This document shows, piece by piece, positions 28,835 through 39,062 of a stretch of 64,000 bases of DNA; position 1 is the first letter of the stretch; each line of letters begins with the position of its first letter. Both the position numbers and the translations under genes were made by a program. The stretch covers positions 8,232 to 72,231 of the forward strand of contig JBGATK010000006.1 in the NCBI GenBank assembly GCA_044229265.1. The letters are read 5' to 3'. Source of the DNA: Minisyncoccia bacterium (GTDB taxonomy: Bacteria; Patescibacteriota; Minisyncoccia; Phycocordibacterales; UBA9973). The notes below the pieces were generated by a model. It made no database searches. It was not told the DNA's origin and saw only the letters and a list, made by a program, of their open reading frames with translations.

Positions 28835-29785
28835 ATGTCTAAAAAAATACTTTTGTCGGGAATTCAGCCATCTGGCAAGCCACATATAGGCAATTATTTT
28901 GGCGCGATGAAGCAATTTGTAGATTTGCAAGACGAATATGAATGTTTTATTTTTATCGCTGATTATCATGCACTGCATACCTTGCGAGACCCAAAGCAAA
29001 TGTCTGAAAATATTAAATCTGTAATTTTGGATTATCTAGCCATCGGCCTTGATCCCGAAAAGGTGACATTATACAAACAAAGTGATATTAGCGAGCACAC
29101 AGAATTGTGCTGGATTTTCGATACACTCATCACTATGCCTTACCTTATGCGAGCGCATGCTTTCAAAGATGCAGAAGCGAAAAATAAAGAAGTATCTGTT
29201 GGTACTTTTAATTATCCAGTCCTTCAATCTGCAGATATACTCATGTATGACCCAGATATAGTGCCAGTAGGGCAAGATCAAAAGCAACACATAGAAATAG
29301 CCCGTGACATAGCTCAAAAGTTTAACAATACATATGGAGAAATTTTCAAAATGCCAAAAGAAATGATTCCAGAATCTGTGGCTATAGTTCCTGGCACAGA
29401 TGGTCAAAAAATGAGTAAAAGCTATGGCAACACTATTCCGCTTTTTGCTGAGTATGAAGAAATTAAAAAAGCTGTTATGAGTATCGTCACAGATTCTAGT
29501 GCAGATAAACCAATGAATGTTTACAATATTCACAAACTTCTTCGCTCCGAAAATGAGCTCGAGCAAATTTATATCGAAAATGCTGGCAAATATAAAATCT
29601 TGAAAGAATTACTTATAGAAGACTTAGAAAAATTCATCGCCCCAATGCGTGAGAAAAGGAAAGTCTGGGAAAGTAAACTCCCAGAAGCACTCGCTATACT
29701 AAAAGCTGGCGGAGAAAAAATGAAAAAGAAAGCTGAAGCCAAAATGGAGGAAGTTCGAGAGAAATTAGGTGTGAGTGTTTATTAA
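28835..29785 (+). CDS. trpS: tryptophan--tRNA ligase
   Basis: class I HIGH-like GxPHIGNY and KMSKS. Confidence 0.93.
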   Translation: MSKKILLSGIQPSGKPHIGNYFGAMKQFVDLQDEYECFIFIADYHALHTLRDPKQMSENIKSVILDYLAIGLDPEKVTLYKQSDISEHTELCWIFDTLITMPYLMRAHAFKDAEAKNKEVSVGTFNYPVLQSADILMYDPDIVPVGQDQKQHIEIARDIAQKFNNTYGEIFKMPKEMIPESVAIVPGTDGQKMSKSYGNTIPLFAEYEEIKKAVMSIVTDSSADKPMNVYNIHKLLRSENELEQIYIENAGKYKILKELLIEDLEKFIAPMREKRKVWESKLPEALAILKAGGEKMKKKAEAKMEEVREKLGVSVY

Positions 29786-29788
29786 AAT

Positions 29789-30400
29789 ATGAAAAAACAA
29801 ATTTTACATATTCACGGAGGTGAAACCTTCAGTACAAATGAAGAGTATTTAAAATTTTTAAAAGATTTAAATATTGAAAGTTTAGACTATTTTAAAAAAA
29901 TCAAATGGATAGATACTTTAGAAAAAAAACTAGGTGAGGATTTCGAAGTTATTTCTCCGAGAATGCCAAATAATTTAAACGCAAAATACATAGAATGGAA
30001 AATCTATTTTGAGAAATTATTACCATTATTAAATAACGAAATTATTTTAATAGGCCATTCTTTAGGGGGTATTTTTTTGGTGAAATATTTATCTGAAAAT
30101 ACTCTAAATAAGGATATACTAGGATTATTCATTATTGGTGCTCCGTTTGATGATAAAGATTCTGAGTATAAATTAGCTGATTTTGTTTTAAAAACTAATT
30201 TAGAAAATATCAGAAATCAAATAGAAAACAGTAGAATTTATTTTTTTCATAGTACAGACGATCAAGTAGTTCTCTTTAATGATTTTTTAAAATATAAAAA
30301 TTTATTGCCTGAAGCAAATTTTATAGAATTTAATAATAGAGGCCACATAAATCAACCAGAATTTCCAGAATTAGTAGAATTACTATTGAAACTTAAGTAA
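29789..30400 (+). CDS. alpha/beta hydrolase, RBBP9/YdeN-like serine hydrolase
   Basis: GHSLGG nucleophile elbow, conserved His near the C-terminus. Confidence 0.6.
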   Translation: MKKQILHIHGGETFSTNEEYLKFLKDLNIESLDYFKKIKWIDTLEKKLGEDFEVISPRMPNNLNAKYIEWKIYFEKLLPLLNNEIILIGHSLGGIFLVKYLSENTLNKDILGLFIIGAPFDDKDSEYKLADFVLKTNLENIRNQIENSRIYFFHSTDDQVVLFNDFLKYKNLLPEANFIEFNNRGHINQPEFPELVELLLKLK

Positions 30401-30403
30401 TAT

Positions 30404-31165
30404 ATGAAAATTATAGCAATTGGAGGTGGAACTATAAAAAAAGTAGTTGAGAATAAGCAAATTATATACGGGACTTTATCTATAGATAAAGAAATATTAA
30501 AATTTTCAGATAAGAAAAATCCTAAAATTTTATTTATACCTACTGCAAGTATGGATGATGAGAGTTATATAAAAGTTTTTGAGGAATATTTTGGTAAAAA
30601 ATTAAAGTGTGAAGTTGAAATATTAAAACTTTACAAAAGCAATATTACGATAAAAGAAATAAAGAATAAAATTTTAAATACAAATATTATTTATGTTGGT
30701 GGTGGTAATACTTTAATGATGATGAATCTTTGGAAAAAGCTCGGGATTCTACCTATCTTAAAAGAAGTAATAAAAAAAGATATTGTACTTTGTGGAACAA
30801 GCGCAGGAGGTATTTGTTGGTTTAAATATGGGAATTCGGATTCAAGAAAATTTAAAAATTCAAATGCAAAATTAATAAAAGTTTCAGGTTTAGATTTATT
30901 CCCTTTATTATTTTGCCCACATTATAGTAAAGAAAAGGACAGAAAACAGAGTTTAAAAAATATGACTAAAAATATGAAAGAAGTTGCAATTGCAGTAGAT
31001 GATTATTGTGCTATACAAATACAAGATGAAAAATTTAGAATAATAAGTTCAAAGATAGACGCAAATGCATACAAGGTGTACTGGAAAAATGGAGTTTTTT
31101 ATCACAAAAAAATTGAGAAAAATAAAAAATTTATGCCAATTGATGCTTTATCGAAAAAGATTTAG
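30404..31165 (+). CDS. peptidase S51 (dipeptidase E / cyanophycinase-like)
   Basis: GGGNT and GTSAG motifs. Confidence 0.65.
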   Translation: MKIIAIGGGTIKKVVENKQIIYGTLSIDKEILKFSDKKNPKILFIPTASMDDESYIKVFEEYFGKKLKCEVEILKLYKSNITIKEIKNKILNTNIIYVGGGNTLMMMNLWKKLGILPILKEVIKKDIVLCGTSAGGICWFKYGNSDSRKFKNSNAKLIKVSGLDLFPLLFCPHYSKEKDRKQSLKNMTKNMKEVAIAVDDYCAIQIQDEKFRIISSKIDANAYKVYWKNGVFYHKKIEKNKKFMPIDALSKKI

Positions 31166-31202
31166 ATTAGAAATCCATTCTATTTTATGTTAATATATTT
31201 AT

Positions 31203-32543
31203 ATGCAAAACAGAATTTATATTAAAGATTTGAATACAAAAATAGGGGAGGAAGTTGTCATCGCTGGGTGGGTGAATATTCGCAGAGATCAAGGCAAGAT
31301 GGTTTTTTTTGATATGAGGGACATGACTGGCATTGTGCAGTGCATCACGCTTCCGGCAAGCTTAGCAATAGAAACAGCAAAAGAAATCCGCCCAGAATGG
31401 GTCTTAAAAATCACTGGCAAAGTGAATGCCCGCCCAGAGAAGAATATAAAAGCTGGGGTACTAAATGGCGAACTTGAGCTCGAAGTCCTAGGCATTGAAA
31501 TACTTGCAAAGGCAGAGACTCTGCCTTTTGATATGTCGCTAGATGGTTATAATTTGGATTTGGTGACAGAACTAGATAATAGAGCCCTCGTAATTCGCCA
31601 CCCGAAAGTGCAAGCAATATTTAAAATACAGGAAACTGTGATAGATAGCTTTCGTGAATTCATGAAGCAAAATATGTTTTTTGAATTTCAAGCACCTTCT
31701 ATTGTGCCAGCTACAGCCGAGGGCGGGGCAGAAGTATTTCAAGTAGATTATTTTGATAAAAAAGCGTATCTCTCGCAATCACCACAACTTTACAAACAAA
31801 TCGTGATGACAGGTTTTGAGCGATGTTTTTCTGTAAACAAAGTATTTCGTGCTGAGCCATCTACAACTACTCGCCACTTGACCGAGATAGTTTCTTTAGA
31901 TGCAGAAATGGCATTTATAGATAGCTGGAAAGATATTCGTGATATGGCTGAAGATACTATTCGATATATTTTAGAGCAGATAAAAATAAAAAATGCTCTG
32001 CATTTGAAATTGCTTGAGGTAGAATTGCCGACCATGATAGACAAAACTCCGACATATTCACTGACCGAAGTGCACGAAATGATTTTAAAAGAATATGGTA
32101 GAGACAATAGGGGCGACAAAGATTTGAGTTCAGAAGATGAAGTGCAGATTTCAGAAATTGTAAAAAAACAAACTGGTTCAGATTTTGTATTCGTGTATGG
32201 ATACCCCACACGGGCAAAGCCATTTTATGTTTTCCCGAGCGTTGAGACTCCAGAGTTCAACGAAGGAGTAGACCTTATTTGTCGTGGACGCGAATTACTT
32301 TCTGGTGGACGCAGAATAAATGATTATAAACAACTGATGGAGCATGTGAAGATTTGGGGTATGGATCCTGCCAAGATCAAAATGTTCCTTGATGCATTTA
32401 AATATGGAGTAGCTCCCGAAGGTGGTTTTGCTTTTGGTGCAGAACGTATCACAATGCAATTTCTAAACCTGCCAAACATCCGCCAAGCGACCATGTTCCC
32501 AAGAGACATGAATAGAATAGATGAAAGTTTATCTAATGAATAA
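31203..32543 (+). CDS. aspS: aspartate--tRNA ligase, archaeal/eukaryal type (possibly non-discriminating)
   Basis: class II motifs FRAEPSTTTRHLTE, GGFAFGAER, 446 aa. Confidence 0.8.
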   Translation: MQNRIYIKDLNTKIGEEVVIAGWVNIRRDQGKMVFFDMRDMTGIVQCITLPASLAIETAKEIRPEWVLKITGKVNARPEKNIKAGVLNGELELEVLGIEILAKAETLPFDMSLDGYNLDLVTELDNRALVIRHPKVQAIFKIQETVIDSFREFMKQNMFFEFQAPSIVPATAEGGAEVFQVDYFDKKAYLSQSPQLYKQIVMTGFERCFSVNKVFRAEPSTTTRHLTEIVSLDAEMAFIDSWKDIRDMAEDTIRYILEQIKIKNALHLKLLEVELPTMIDKTPTYSLTEVHEMILKEYGRDNRGDKDLSSEDEVQISEIVKKQTGSDFVFVYGYPTRAKPFYVFPSVETPEFNEGVDLICRGRELLSGGRRINDYKQLMEHVKIWGMDPAKIKMFLDAFKYGVAPEGGFAFGAERITMQFLNLPNIRQATMFPRDMNRIDESLSNE

Positions 32544-33195
32544 AGAATATACTCAAAAACTCGAAAATGTAATTGAACAAATGCTAAAACCTGTAAAAGG
32601 CATTCCTTTTAATTTAGTCATAAAATCTCTTTCTGGATATAAAATTATTCCTTTTAATAAAAAAGACCAAAGAGATGTTAAAACTTTAAAAGATTTATCT
32701 TTAGTAGCGGAACAAGTTTGTTTAAATGTAAATAAAAAAGGAATAAAAAGACCTAGGCCGAATGAGGTAGGTAATGATATAGAAATTTTTGTAAAAGAAT
32801 CTTTAAATAAAATAGGGTTCGAAGCAGGTATTCCGAAAACAAAAAATGGCAATAAAAAATCTACGGGTTATCCAGATATTGAATTTGTAGATAAATTTGG
32901 TAGAAAAAATTATTTAGAATGTAAAACTTATAATATTAATAATATAAATTCTACCCAACGTTCTTTTTACATATCACCAGCAGAAGAATTTAAAGTCTCA
33001 TCTAATGCGCATCATTTTTTGTTGTCTTTTGAAGTAGCTATTACTGGAAAATCAGGGAAAATGTCTATTTTTAGATGTAAAAGTTGGAAGATTTTATCTT
33101 TGGAGGGATTAGAAGTTGATGTTAAATATGAATTTAATTCAGATAATATTCGTTTATATAATTCAAAATTAGTTTTAGCTGAGGGAAAAATATAG
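32521..33195 (+). CDS. PD-(D/E)xK nuclease, putative Type II restriction endonuclease (start may be 32536)
   Basis: YPDIEF..YLECK catalytic pattern, AT-rich, immediately upstream of a DNA MTase. Confidence 0.55.
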   Translation: MKVYLMNKEYTQKLENVIEQMLKPVKGIPFNLVIKSLSGYKIIPFNKKDQRDVKTLKDLSLVAEQVCLNVNKKGIKRPRPNEVGNDIEIFVKESLNKIGFEAGIPKTKNGNKKSTGYPDIEFVDKFGRKNYLECKTYNINNINSTQRSFYISPAEEFKVSSNAHHFLLSFEVAITGKSGKMSIFRCKSWKILSLEGLEVDVKYEFNSDNIRLYNSKLVLAEGKI

Positions 33196-33209
33196 TATAA
33201 TGTTTAAAT

Positions 33210-34463
33210 ATGCAGACTAAACCTGGGAATATTAAAAAAAAAATAACTAAAAAAAGTCTTTTTCTTAGCCATTTAGAAAATTTTAATTTATCTAGGCCAA
33301 CAAAAATTGAGTACTTAAATATTAATGGTAATTTGTACCCGAAATACATTAATGAATTTTGGACAGCAAAACAAAGACAATCAAATAGTATACATGAAGT
33401 CTCTTACCGTGCGTGTTTTAAGCCGGAACTAGTAAATTTCTTCTTACAAAAATTAACTATTGAAGGCGATGTCGTCTACGATCCGTTTGCAGGTAGAGGG
33501 ACTACTTTAATTGAAGCAGCTTTAAATAATAGAAATATCATTTCTAATGATATTAATCCACTTAGTAAGATTTTATGTAAATCCAGAATAAACCCTCCGA
33601 AAATTTCAGAATTAATTGAAAGATTACTTAGTATACCAATTAATAATAATAAATTAGATATTGATTTGACTATGTTTTACCACCCAGATACAGAAAAAGA
33701 AATTCTATCTATTAGGAAATATTTACTAAATAAAGAAAAAAATAAGACAGAAGACAAATTAGATTTATGGATTAAAATGGTTATGACTAATCGACTCACT
33801 GGTCATTCGAAAGGTTTTTTTTCTGTATATACATTACCTCCAAATCAAGCAGTGTCGCAAAAAAGACAAATTGAAATAAACAAAAAATTAAAACAAATTC
33901 CAGAGTACAGAAGTGTTATAGATATTGTAATAAAAAAAACTAAAAATTTAACTTCAGATTTAACTGATATAGATTATAATAATTTATATAATATCTCAAA
34001 TAATGCTCTTTTTTTAACAAAAGATAGTAGAGAGACTAGTGAAATAAAAGATAATTCAGTTTCTTTAATTGTGACCTCTCCTCCTTTTTTAGATGTAGTG
34101 CAATATGCACAAGACAATTGGTTGCGTTGTTGGTTTAATGGAATTAATGCAGAAAAAATTGAGAAAGGAATTACAATACCCAAAAAGGTAGAAATTTGGA
34201 ATGAGATTATGTTTCAAACTCTGAAAGAATTATTTAGGGTTGTGAAAAATGACGGATTTGTTATTTTTGAAGTTGGAGAAGTAAAAAATGGCAAAATAAG
34301 ATTAGACGAACAAATAGTTCCATTAGCAATTATGGCTGGATTTGAATGCTTGGGTGTTATGATTAATGATCAGATTTTTTCTAAAACTGCAAATATTTGG
34401 GGAATTTCAAATAATAGTAAAGGCACAAATACTAATAGATTAGTTTTATTATATAAGAAATAA
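33210..34463 (+). CDS. site-specific DNA methyltransferase (alpha class, N4-cytosine or N6-adenine)
   Basis: motif I DPFAGRGTT then about 200 aa then motif IV SPPF. Confidence 0.8.
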   Translation: MQTKPGNIKKKITKKSLFLSHLENFNLSRPTKIEYLNINGNLYPKYINEFWTAKQRQSNSIHEVSYRACFKPELVNFFLQKLTIEGDVVYDPFAGRGTTLIEAALNNRNIISNDINPLSKILCKSRINPPKISELIERLLSIPINNNKLDIDLTMFYHPDTEKEILSIRKYLLNKEKNKTEDKLDLWIKMVMTNRLTGHSKGFFSVYTLPPNQAVSQKRQIEINKKLKQIPEYRSVIDIVIKKTKNLTSDLTDIDYNNLYNISNNALFLTKDSRETSEIKDNSVSLIVTSPPFLDVVQYAQDNWLRCWFNGINAEKIEKGITIPKKVEIWNEIMFQTLKELFRVVKNDGFVIFEVGEVKNGKIRLDEQIVPLAIMAGFECLGVMINDQIFSKTANIWGISNNSKGTNTNRLVLLYKK

Positions 34464-34802
34464 ATGAATAATTTACTTAATAAAAAATGCATACCGTGTG
34501 AGGGTGGTGATGTGAAGCCTTTTGATCGTGAGCGAGCGGAGGAATATATGGTAGATGTAAAAGGTTGGACTTTGTCCGATGATGCAAAAAGTATTACTAG
34601 AGAATATAAATTTGTGGACTTTATTGGAGCAGTGAATTTCGTGAACTTAGTGGCTGACATTGCCGAGGAAGAAGGTCATCACCCAGACATAAAAATAAAT
34701 TATAATAAAGTAAGTCTCACACTCTCGACTCACGCTATAGTAGGACTTTCTGAAAACGACTTCATCGTCGCTGCCAAAATCGACGCACATACTATGAAAT
34801 AA
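34464..34802 (+). CDS. 4a-hydroxytetrahydrobiopterin dehydratase (PCD/DCoH)
   Basis: EEGHHPDI..Y..V.L.LSTHA motif, 112 aa. Confidence 0.85.
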   Translation: MNNLLNKKCIPCEGGDVKPFDRERAEEYMVDVKGWTLSDDAKSITREYKFVDFIGAVNFVNLVADIAEEEGHHPDIKINYNKVSLTLSTHAIVGLSENDFIVAAKIDAHTMK

Positions 34803-34829
34803 GCTTGCGCTAGGCAAGACCTAACGCAG

Positions 34830-34870
34830 TACAAATAAAAATACCTCAATCTATGGGAAAGATTGAGGTA
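34830..34870 (-). terminator. stem-loop terminator for the minus-strand small gene
   Basis: tacctcaatc/gattgaggta stem with a T-rich tract on the minus strand. Confidence 0.5.
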
Positions 34871-35102
34871 TCAGGTTATAACCTATAATTTTCTTCTGGC
34901 CTATTTTCATTAAACCATCAGAGTTCATTTTAATTCTTTTACCGAAAGGTATTGAAGTTAAGATTTCAGATCTATGCTTATTAGCAAATCTACGCTCGAT
35001 TAACTTGAGTTTTGGCGACTCCAAAGCTATTCTCATCCTTTCTTGTGAATAAGGGACAAATTCAAATTTATCACCTTCGAGATTTAGAATTATAGTTTTC
35101 AT
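34851..35102 (-). CDS. hypothetical small protein (83 aa)
   Basis: ORF only. Confidence 0.4.
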   Translation of the reverse strand: MKTIILNLEGDKFEFVPYSQERMRIALESPKLKLIERRFANKHRSEILTSIPFGKRIKMNSDGLMKIGQKKIIGYNLIPQSFP

Positions 35103-35179
35103 GTTCAGTTTATTTAAAACGTTTACAAATAGATATTCTAAAACCTAATTATACTTTAGGTCTCAAAATCAAGCAAATC

Positions 35180-37696
35180 TTATTTTCCCCAGTCTTTTAG
35201 GAATTTTTTGATATTTGGTAATTCGCGATAGAGGTATATGACATTTGCTTCCATTTTTTCTATGGTTTGCTCGATAGAGCGTTTTGCTCCCGGAGCTTCG
35301 TTTTTCATAAAGAATTTTTTGTATTCTTCGAGGTGCTTTTTCTCGGGAGAATACTGCATGTCTTTGACTACTCGAGAGAGAGCCATGCCACCATCGCCAT
35401 AACGATTTAGGAATGTTTGCCAATTTGATTTAAGATTTTTCATAAAGATACTTCGGCCGAGGGGGTTGCCACCGACCCCTGCAAGTATACCTACAGTATC
35501 TTGAATACGAACATCGCTAGATAATGCAAAATGCACTACATCACAAAGTATTTTGTCGTCATTAAATTGCCCGAGTGCTCCGCCAATGCGATTTTTCTCT
35601 TCATGTAGATTTTCTTTTGTATAGTGAGAAATTAATTTTTTATATTCTTTCTCTCCACCCATTTTTGCATAAGCAGAGTAAGCGAGAGTTCGCAGGTCGG
35701 GATCTATTTTTTTACCATTTTCCATATCTTTATATCGTTTTAATAGTTCTTTTACTACACCCGCATGATTTGATGAAAGCATCCGCCTTAAAACTACAGA
35801 ACGAAGCAGTGGTGTGGTATGGTCTTCGCCAGACTTTTTATCAAAACCAACTTTCAGAAAAATATTTTCAAATAAATTTAACACATAATTATCGAACTCT
35901 GGTTTCAATTTTGTGTGATAAAGCATTTGATTTATATAAGCTAGGCCACCTGAAATTTCCGCCCAGACTGTGTAATTATCCTCATCCTTGTATGCAGATA
36001 AGAATTCTAATACATAATTTGTAGGAATTATCCCAGCTTCGGATAGGGCAAAGAGGTCGCGCACAAGCCCCAAGCGGTCAAGTGGCGGTAAGGTTTTATT
36101 TGCTACAGGTTGTTTAAGTAATTCTAAAAGTTCATGGCTGTATGCTGTGCGGAAAAAACCAGTTTCATTTGAATTTATTTTAATAAAATTTTCTGTTTCT
36201 ATATAAGGCACAGGCACTGTCCACTTTGTTTTTGTTCTGTTTTTTTCTTTGGAAATAGGACTAGAAAAAAATCTCTCTTGAGAAAGTGCAAGCTCGCCAT
36301 TTTTAATGGATGCTTTTACTACAGGATAACCAGACTGACTAGTCCAACCATGCATCATTTTCTTTACTTCTTTTCTGCTTATTTTTTCAAATGCTTCCCA
36401 TAGGTGGACTGTCTCGGTATTTTTATAGCTGTGTTTTTTAAGGTAATATCTAAGGCCATTTTTAAAATTTTCTTCACCCAAATAATTTGCCAACATGCGA
36501 ATTACTGATGCTCCTTTGCTATAAGACACAGCATCAAAGATTTCGCCGATTTCATCTGGGTGGTGAACTTTCACTTCGATCGGGTGGGTATTTGCGAGAG
36601 CATCAAGCGATAGAGCTATAGACAAATCATGAGTTGCAAATTGTGTCCAAATATCCCAATCCGGGAAAAGTTTATCTACGGCTAAGTATTCTATATAAGA
36701 AGCAAATCCTTCATTGAGCCACAAATCTGTCCACCATTCCATCGTCACCAAATTCCCAAACCATTGGTGAGCGAGTTCATGAGCTATGACGAGTGCTACC
36801 CATTGTTTGTTTGCAATAGAAGATTTTTCTTCATCAAAAAGAAGGGCAGTTTCCCGATAAGTAATAGCGCCCCAATTCTCCATAGCTCCTGAGGAAAAGT
36901 CTGGTATGGCTATCATGTCTAATGTGTTTAGTGGATAGGGAATATCGAAATACTCTTCATAAAAGTCAAGGCATTTGACTGTGGTGTCGAGGGCAAAGCC
37001 GGCTTGGTGAATTTTGCCAGGAGTTGTGTACACGCGTACTATCACTCCACGTTTTGATTTCTTTTCTATGTATTCAAAATCGCCGACAATAAATGCGAGT
37101 AGATAAGTAGACATTTTGGGTGAGGGCGCAAATTTTATAACTTCAAAGCCAGCTTCATGTTCTATTTTTGAAACAGGAAGTGTATTTGAAATAGCAGTTT
37201 TACCTTTAGGTACCACGAGCGATACATGGAATATTGCTTTGTGCGCTGGCTCATCAAAACAAGGGAAAGCCCTACGCGCATCAGTCGCTTCGAATTGGGT
37301 GGTAGCTATGTTGCGTACTTTGGCTTCGTAAATATAACTCGAACGATAAAAACCACGCATTTTGTCATTCAGAATTCCTTTAAATGAAATCGTGAGTTTT
37401 ATTTTGCCAGTTTTTATTTTTTCTTTAAAAGTAAAAGTAGCAGTTTCCGATTTTTGATCATAAGAAATATTAGCAAAAACTTTTTCTTTGTTTACTATTA
37501 CACTTGCAGTTTCGATATCTATTTCTTTTGAGTGTAGAGTAAGAGTTTTCGTCGATTTTAATATATCTAAAGTAATTGTTTCAACTCCCGAAAAAGTAAA
37601 ATTCTCTAGATCTGGATGAAGCTGTATGTCATATTCTACAGGTAGTACATAAGTCGTAAGTCGAGTATTCATTTTTTTAGTATTTTTCTTTTGCAT
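35180..37696 (-). CDS. pepN: aminopeptidase N (M1 family)
   Basis: HELAHQWFG zinc motif, GAMEN, 838 aa. Confidence 0.95.
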   Translation of the reverse strand: MQKKNTKKMNTRLTTYVLPVEYDIQLHPDLENFTFSGVETITLDILKSTKTLTLHSKEIDIETASVIVNKEKVFANISYDQKSETATFTFKEKIKTGKIKLTISFKGILNDKMRGFYRSSYIYEAKVRNIATTQFEATDARRAFPCFDEPAHKAIFHVSLVVPKGKTAISNTLPVSKIEHEAGFEVIKFAPSPKMSTYLLAFIVGDFEYIEKKSKRGVIVRVYTTPGKIHQAGFALDTTVKCLDFYEEYFDIPYPLNTLDMIAIPDFSSGAMENWGAITYRETALLFDEEKSSIANKQWVALVIAHELAHQWFGNLVTMEWWTDLWLNEGFASYIEYLAVDKLFPDWDIWTQFATHDLSIALSLDALANTHPIEVKVHHPDEIGEIFDAVSYSKGASVIRMLANYLGEENFKNGLRYYLKKHSYKNTETVHLWEAFEKISRKEVKKMMHGWTSQSGYPVVKASIKNGELALSQERFFSSPISKEKNRTKTKWTVPVPYIETENFIKINSNETGFFRTAYSHELLELLKQPVANKTLPPLDRLGLVRDLFALSEAGIIPTNYVLEFLSAYKDEDNYTVWAEISGGLAYINQMLYHTKLKPEFDNYVLNLFENIFLKVGFDKKSGEDHTTPLLRSVVLRRMLSSNHAGVVKELLKRYKDMENGKKIDPDLRTLAYSAYAKMGGEKEYKKLISHYTKENLHEEKNRIGGALGQFNDDKILCDVVHFALSSDVRIQDTVGILAGVGGNPLGRSIFMKNLKSNWQTFLNRYGDGGMALSRVVKDMQYSPEKKHLEEYKKFFMKNEAPGAKRSIEQTIEKMEANVIYLYRELPNIKKFLKDWGK

Positions 37697-37718
37697 AGAG
37701 AAATGTTAGCATATAATA

Positions 37719-38492
37719 ATGGAAACTGAAAATTCTGACCTTACTTATAATATAAAAACCCCAGTTTTTGAAGGGCCTTTTGGTTTACTGCTTTCACTGG
37801 TAGAAAAGCGTAAACTTTTCATAAATGATGTTTCTTTGGCAAGCGTCACCGAAGATTATTTGAATTATGTTAATGGCTTAGAAAATAAAGATCCAATGCA
37901 TATGTCATCTTTTATTGTAGTTGCTTCGACACTGCTTTTAATTAAATCAAAATCATTACTTCCTAATTTAGTATTTACAGAAGAAGAAGAGGTTAGTATT
38001 AAAGATTTAGAGGATAGATTAGCTTTATATGAATTGTATAGTAATTTGACTCAAAACATAAAAGAAAAGTTTGGTAAAAAAATAATATTTATGCCGATAG
38101 AACATAAAGTAGAAACAGTCGTTTTTTTGCCAGATGAGAGAATTACAAAATATAATATGATGATTTTAGCACAAGATATTGTAAATAAATTACCTAAAAA
38201 AGTAATTTTACCAAAAGTAGAAATAAGAAAAGTAATAAGTATTGAGGAAATGATAGGTCGGCTAACGGAGAGGATAAATGATGCACTCAAAATGAGTTTT
38301 AAAGAATTTTCCCGTAGTAGCAATGCTTCATATTCTAAAGAAGAAAAAGTGAATATAATAGTTTCTTTTTTGGCTGTGTTGGAACTCGCTCGGCAAGGCG
38401 TGCTTTCTTTAGTGCAGGAAAATAATTTTGACGATATCATGATACAAAAACAGGAGATTTTAATAGAAGAAAACAATATAATTAATTTATAA
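37719..38492 (+). CDS. scpA: segregation and condensation protein A
   Basis: FEGPFGLLLSLVEKRKL N-terminal motif. Confidence 0.85.
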   Translation: METENSDLTYNIKTPVFEGPFGLLLSLVEKRKLFINDVSLASVTEDYLNYVNGLENKDPMHMSSFIVVASTLLLIKSKSLLPNLVFTEEEEVSIKDLEDRLALYELYSNLTQNIKEKFGKKIIFMPIEHKVETVVFLPDERITKYNMMILAQDIVNKLPKKVILPKVEIRKVISIEEMIGRLTERINDALKMSFKEFSRSSNASYSKEEKVNIIVSFLAVLELARQGVLSLVQENNFDDIMIQKQEILIEENNIINL

Positions 38493-38495
38493 AAA

Positions 38496-39062
38496 ATGGA
38501 AAATTTAGAACAAAAAATTGAAAGTGTGCTTTTCTTTAAAGGAGAACCAGTAGAAAGGAAACGCTTGTTAGAAATTTTGCAAGTTAGCTCTGAAGAATTA
38601 ACAAATGCTATTTTGAATTTGCGAAAATCCTTAGAGGGCAGAGGTATAGTTTTACAAGAAAATGAAGAAAAGTTATCTCTTGGCACTAATCCAGAGTTTA
38701 GTGTTTTAATAGAAACTTTGCAGAAAGAAGAATTACAAAAAGATTTATCTAAAGCTACGATGGATACATTGTCGATTATTTTATACAAAAATGGAGCAAC
38801 TAGAAATGAGATAGATTATATTCGCGGAGTTAATTCTAGTTTTATTTTACGTGCACTTTCAATCAGAGGTTTGGTTGAGAAAATTACAGACAAAGAGGAT
38901 TCTAGACGTTTTGTATATAAACCGACTTTTGCTTTGCTTGGTTTTATGGGTTTAGAACGTATTGAAGATTTACCAAATTACGATATCATTCAGAAAAAAT
39001 TGCAAGATTCTGCTCTAGAATTAAAAGAGGTAGAGAATAATAATGAATCTTCTGAAATATAA
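38496..39062 (+). CDS. scpB: segregation and condensation protein B
   Basis: IESVLF..GEP motif, tandem wHTH. Confidence 0.85.
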   Translation: MENLEQKIESVLFFKGEPVERKRLLEILQVSSEELTNAILNLRKSLEGRGIVLQENEEKLSLGTNPEFSVLIETLQKEELQKDLSKATMDTLSIILYKNGATRNEIDYIRGVNSSFILRALSIRGLVEKITDKEDSRRFVYKPTFALLGFMGLERIEDLPNYDIIQKKLQDSALELKEVENNNESSEI

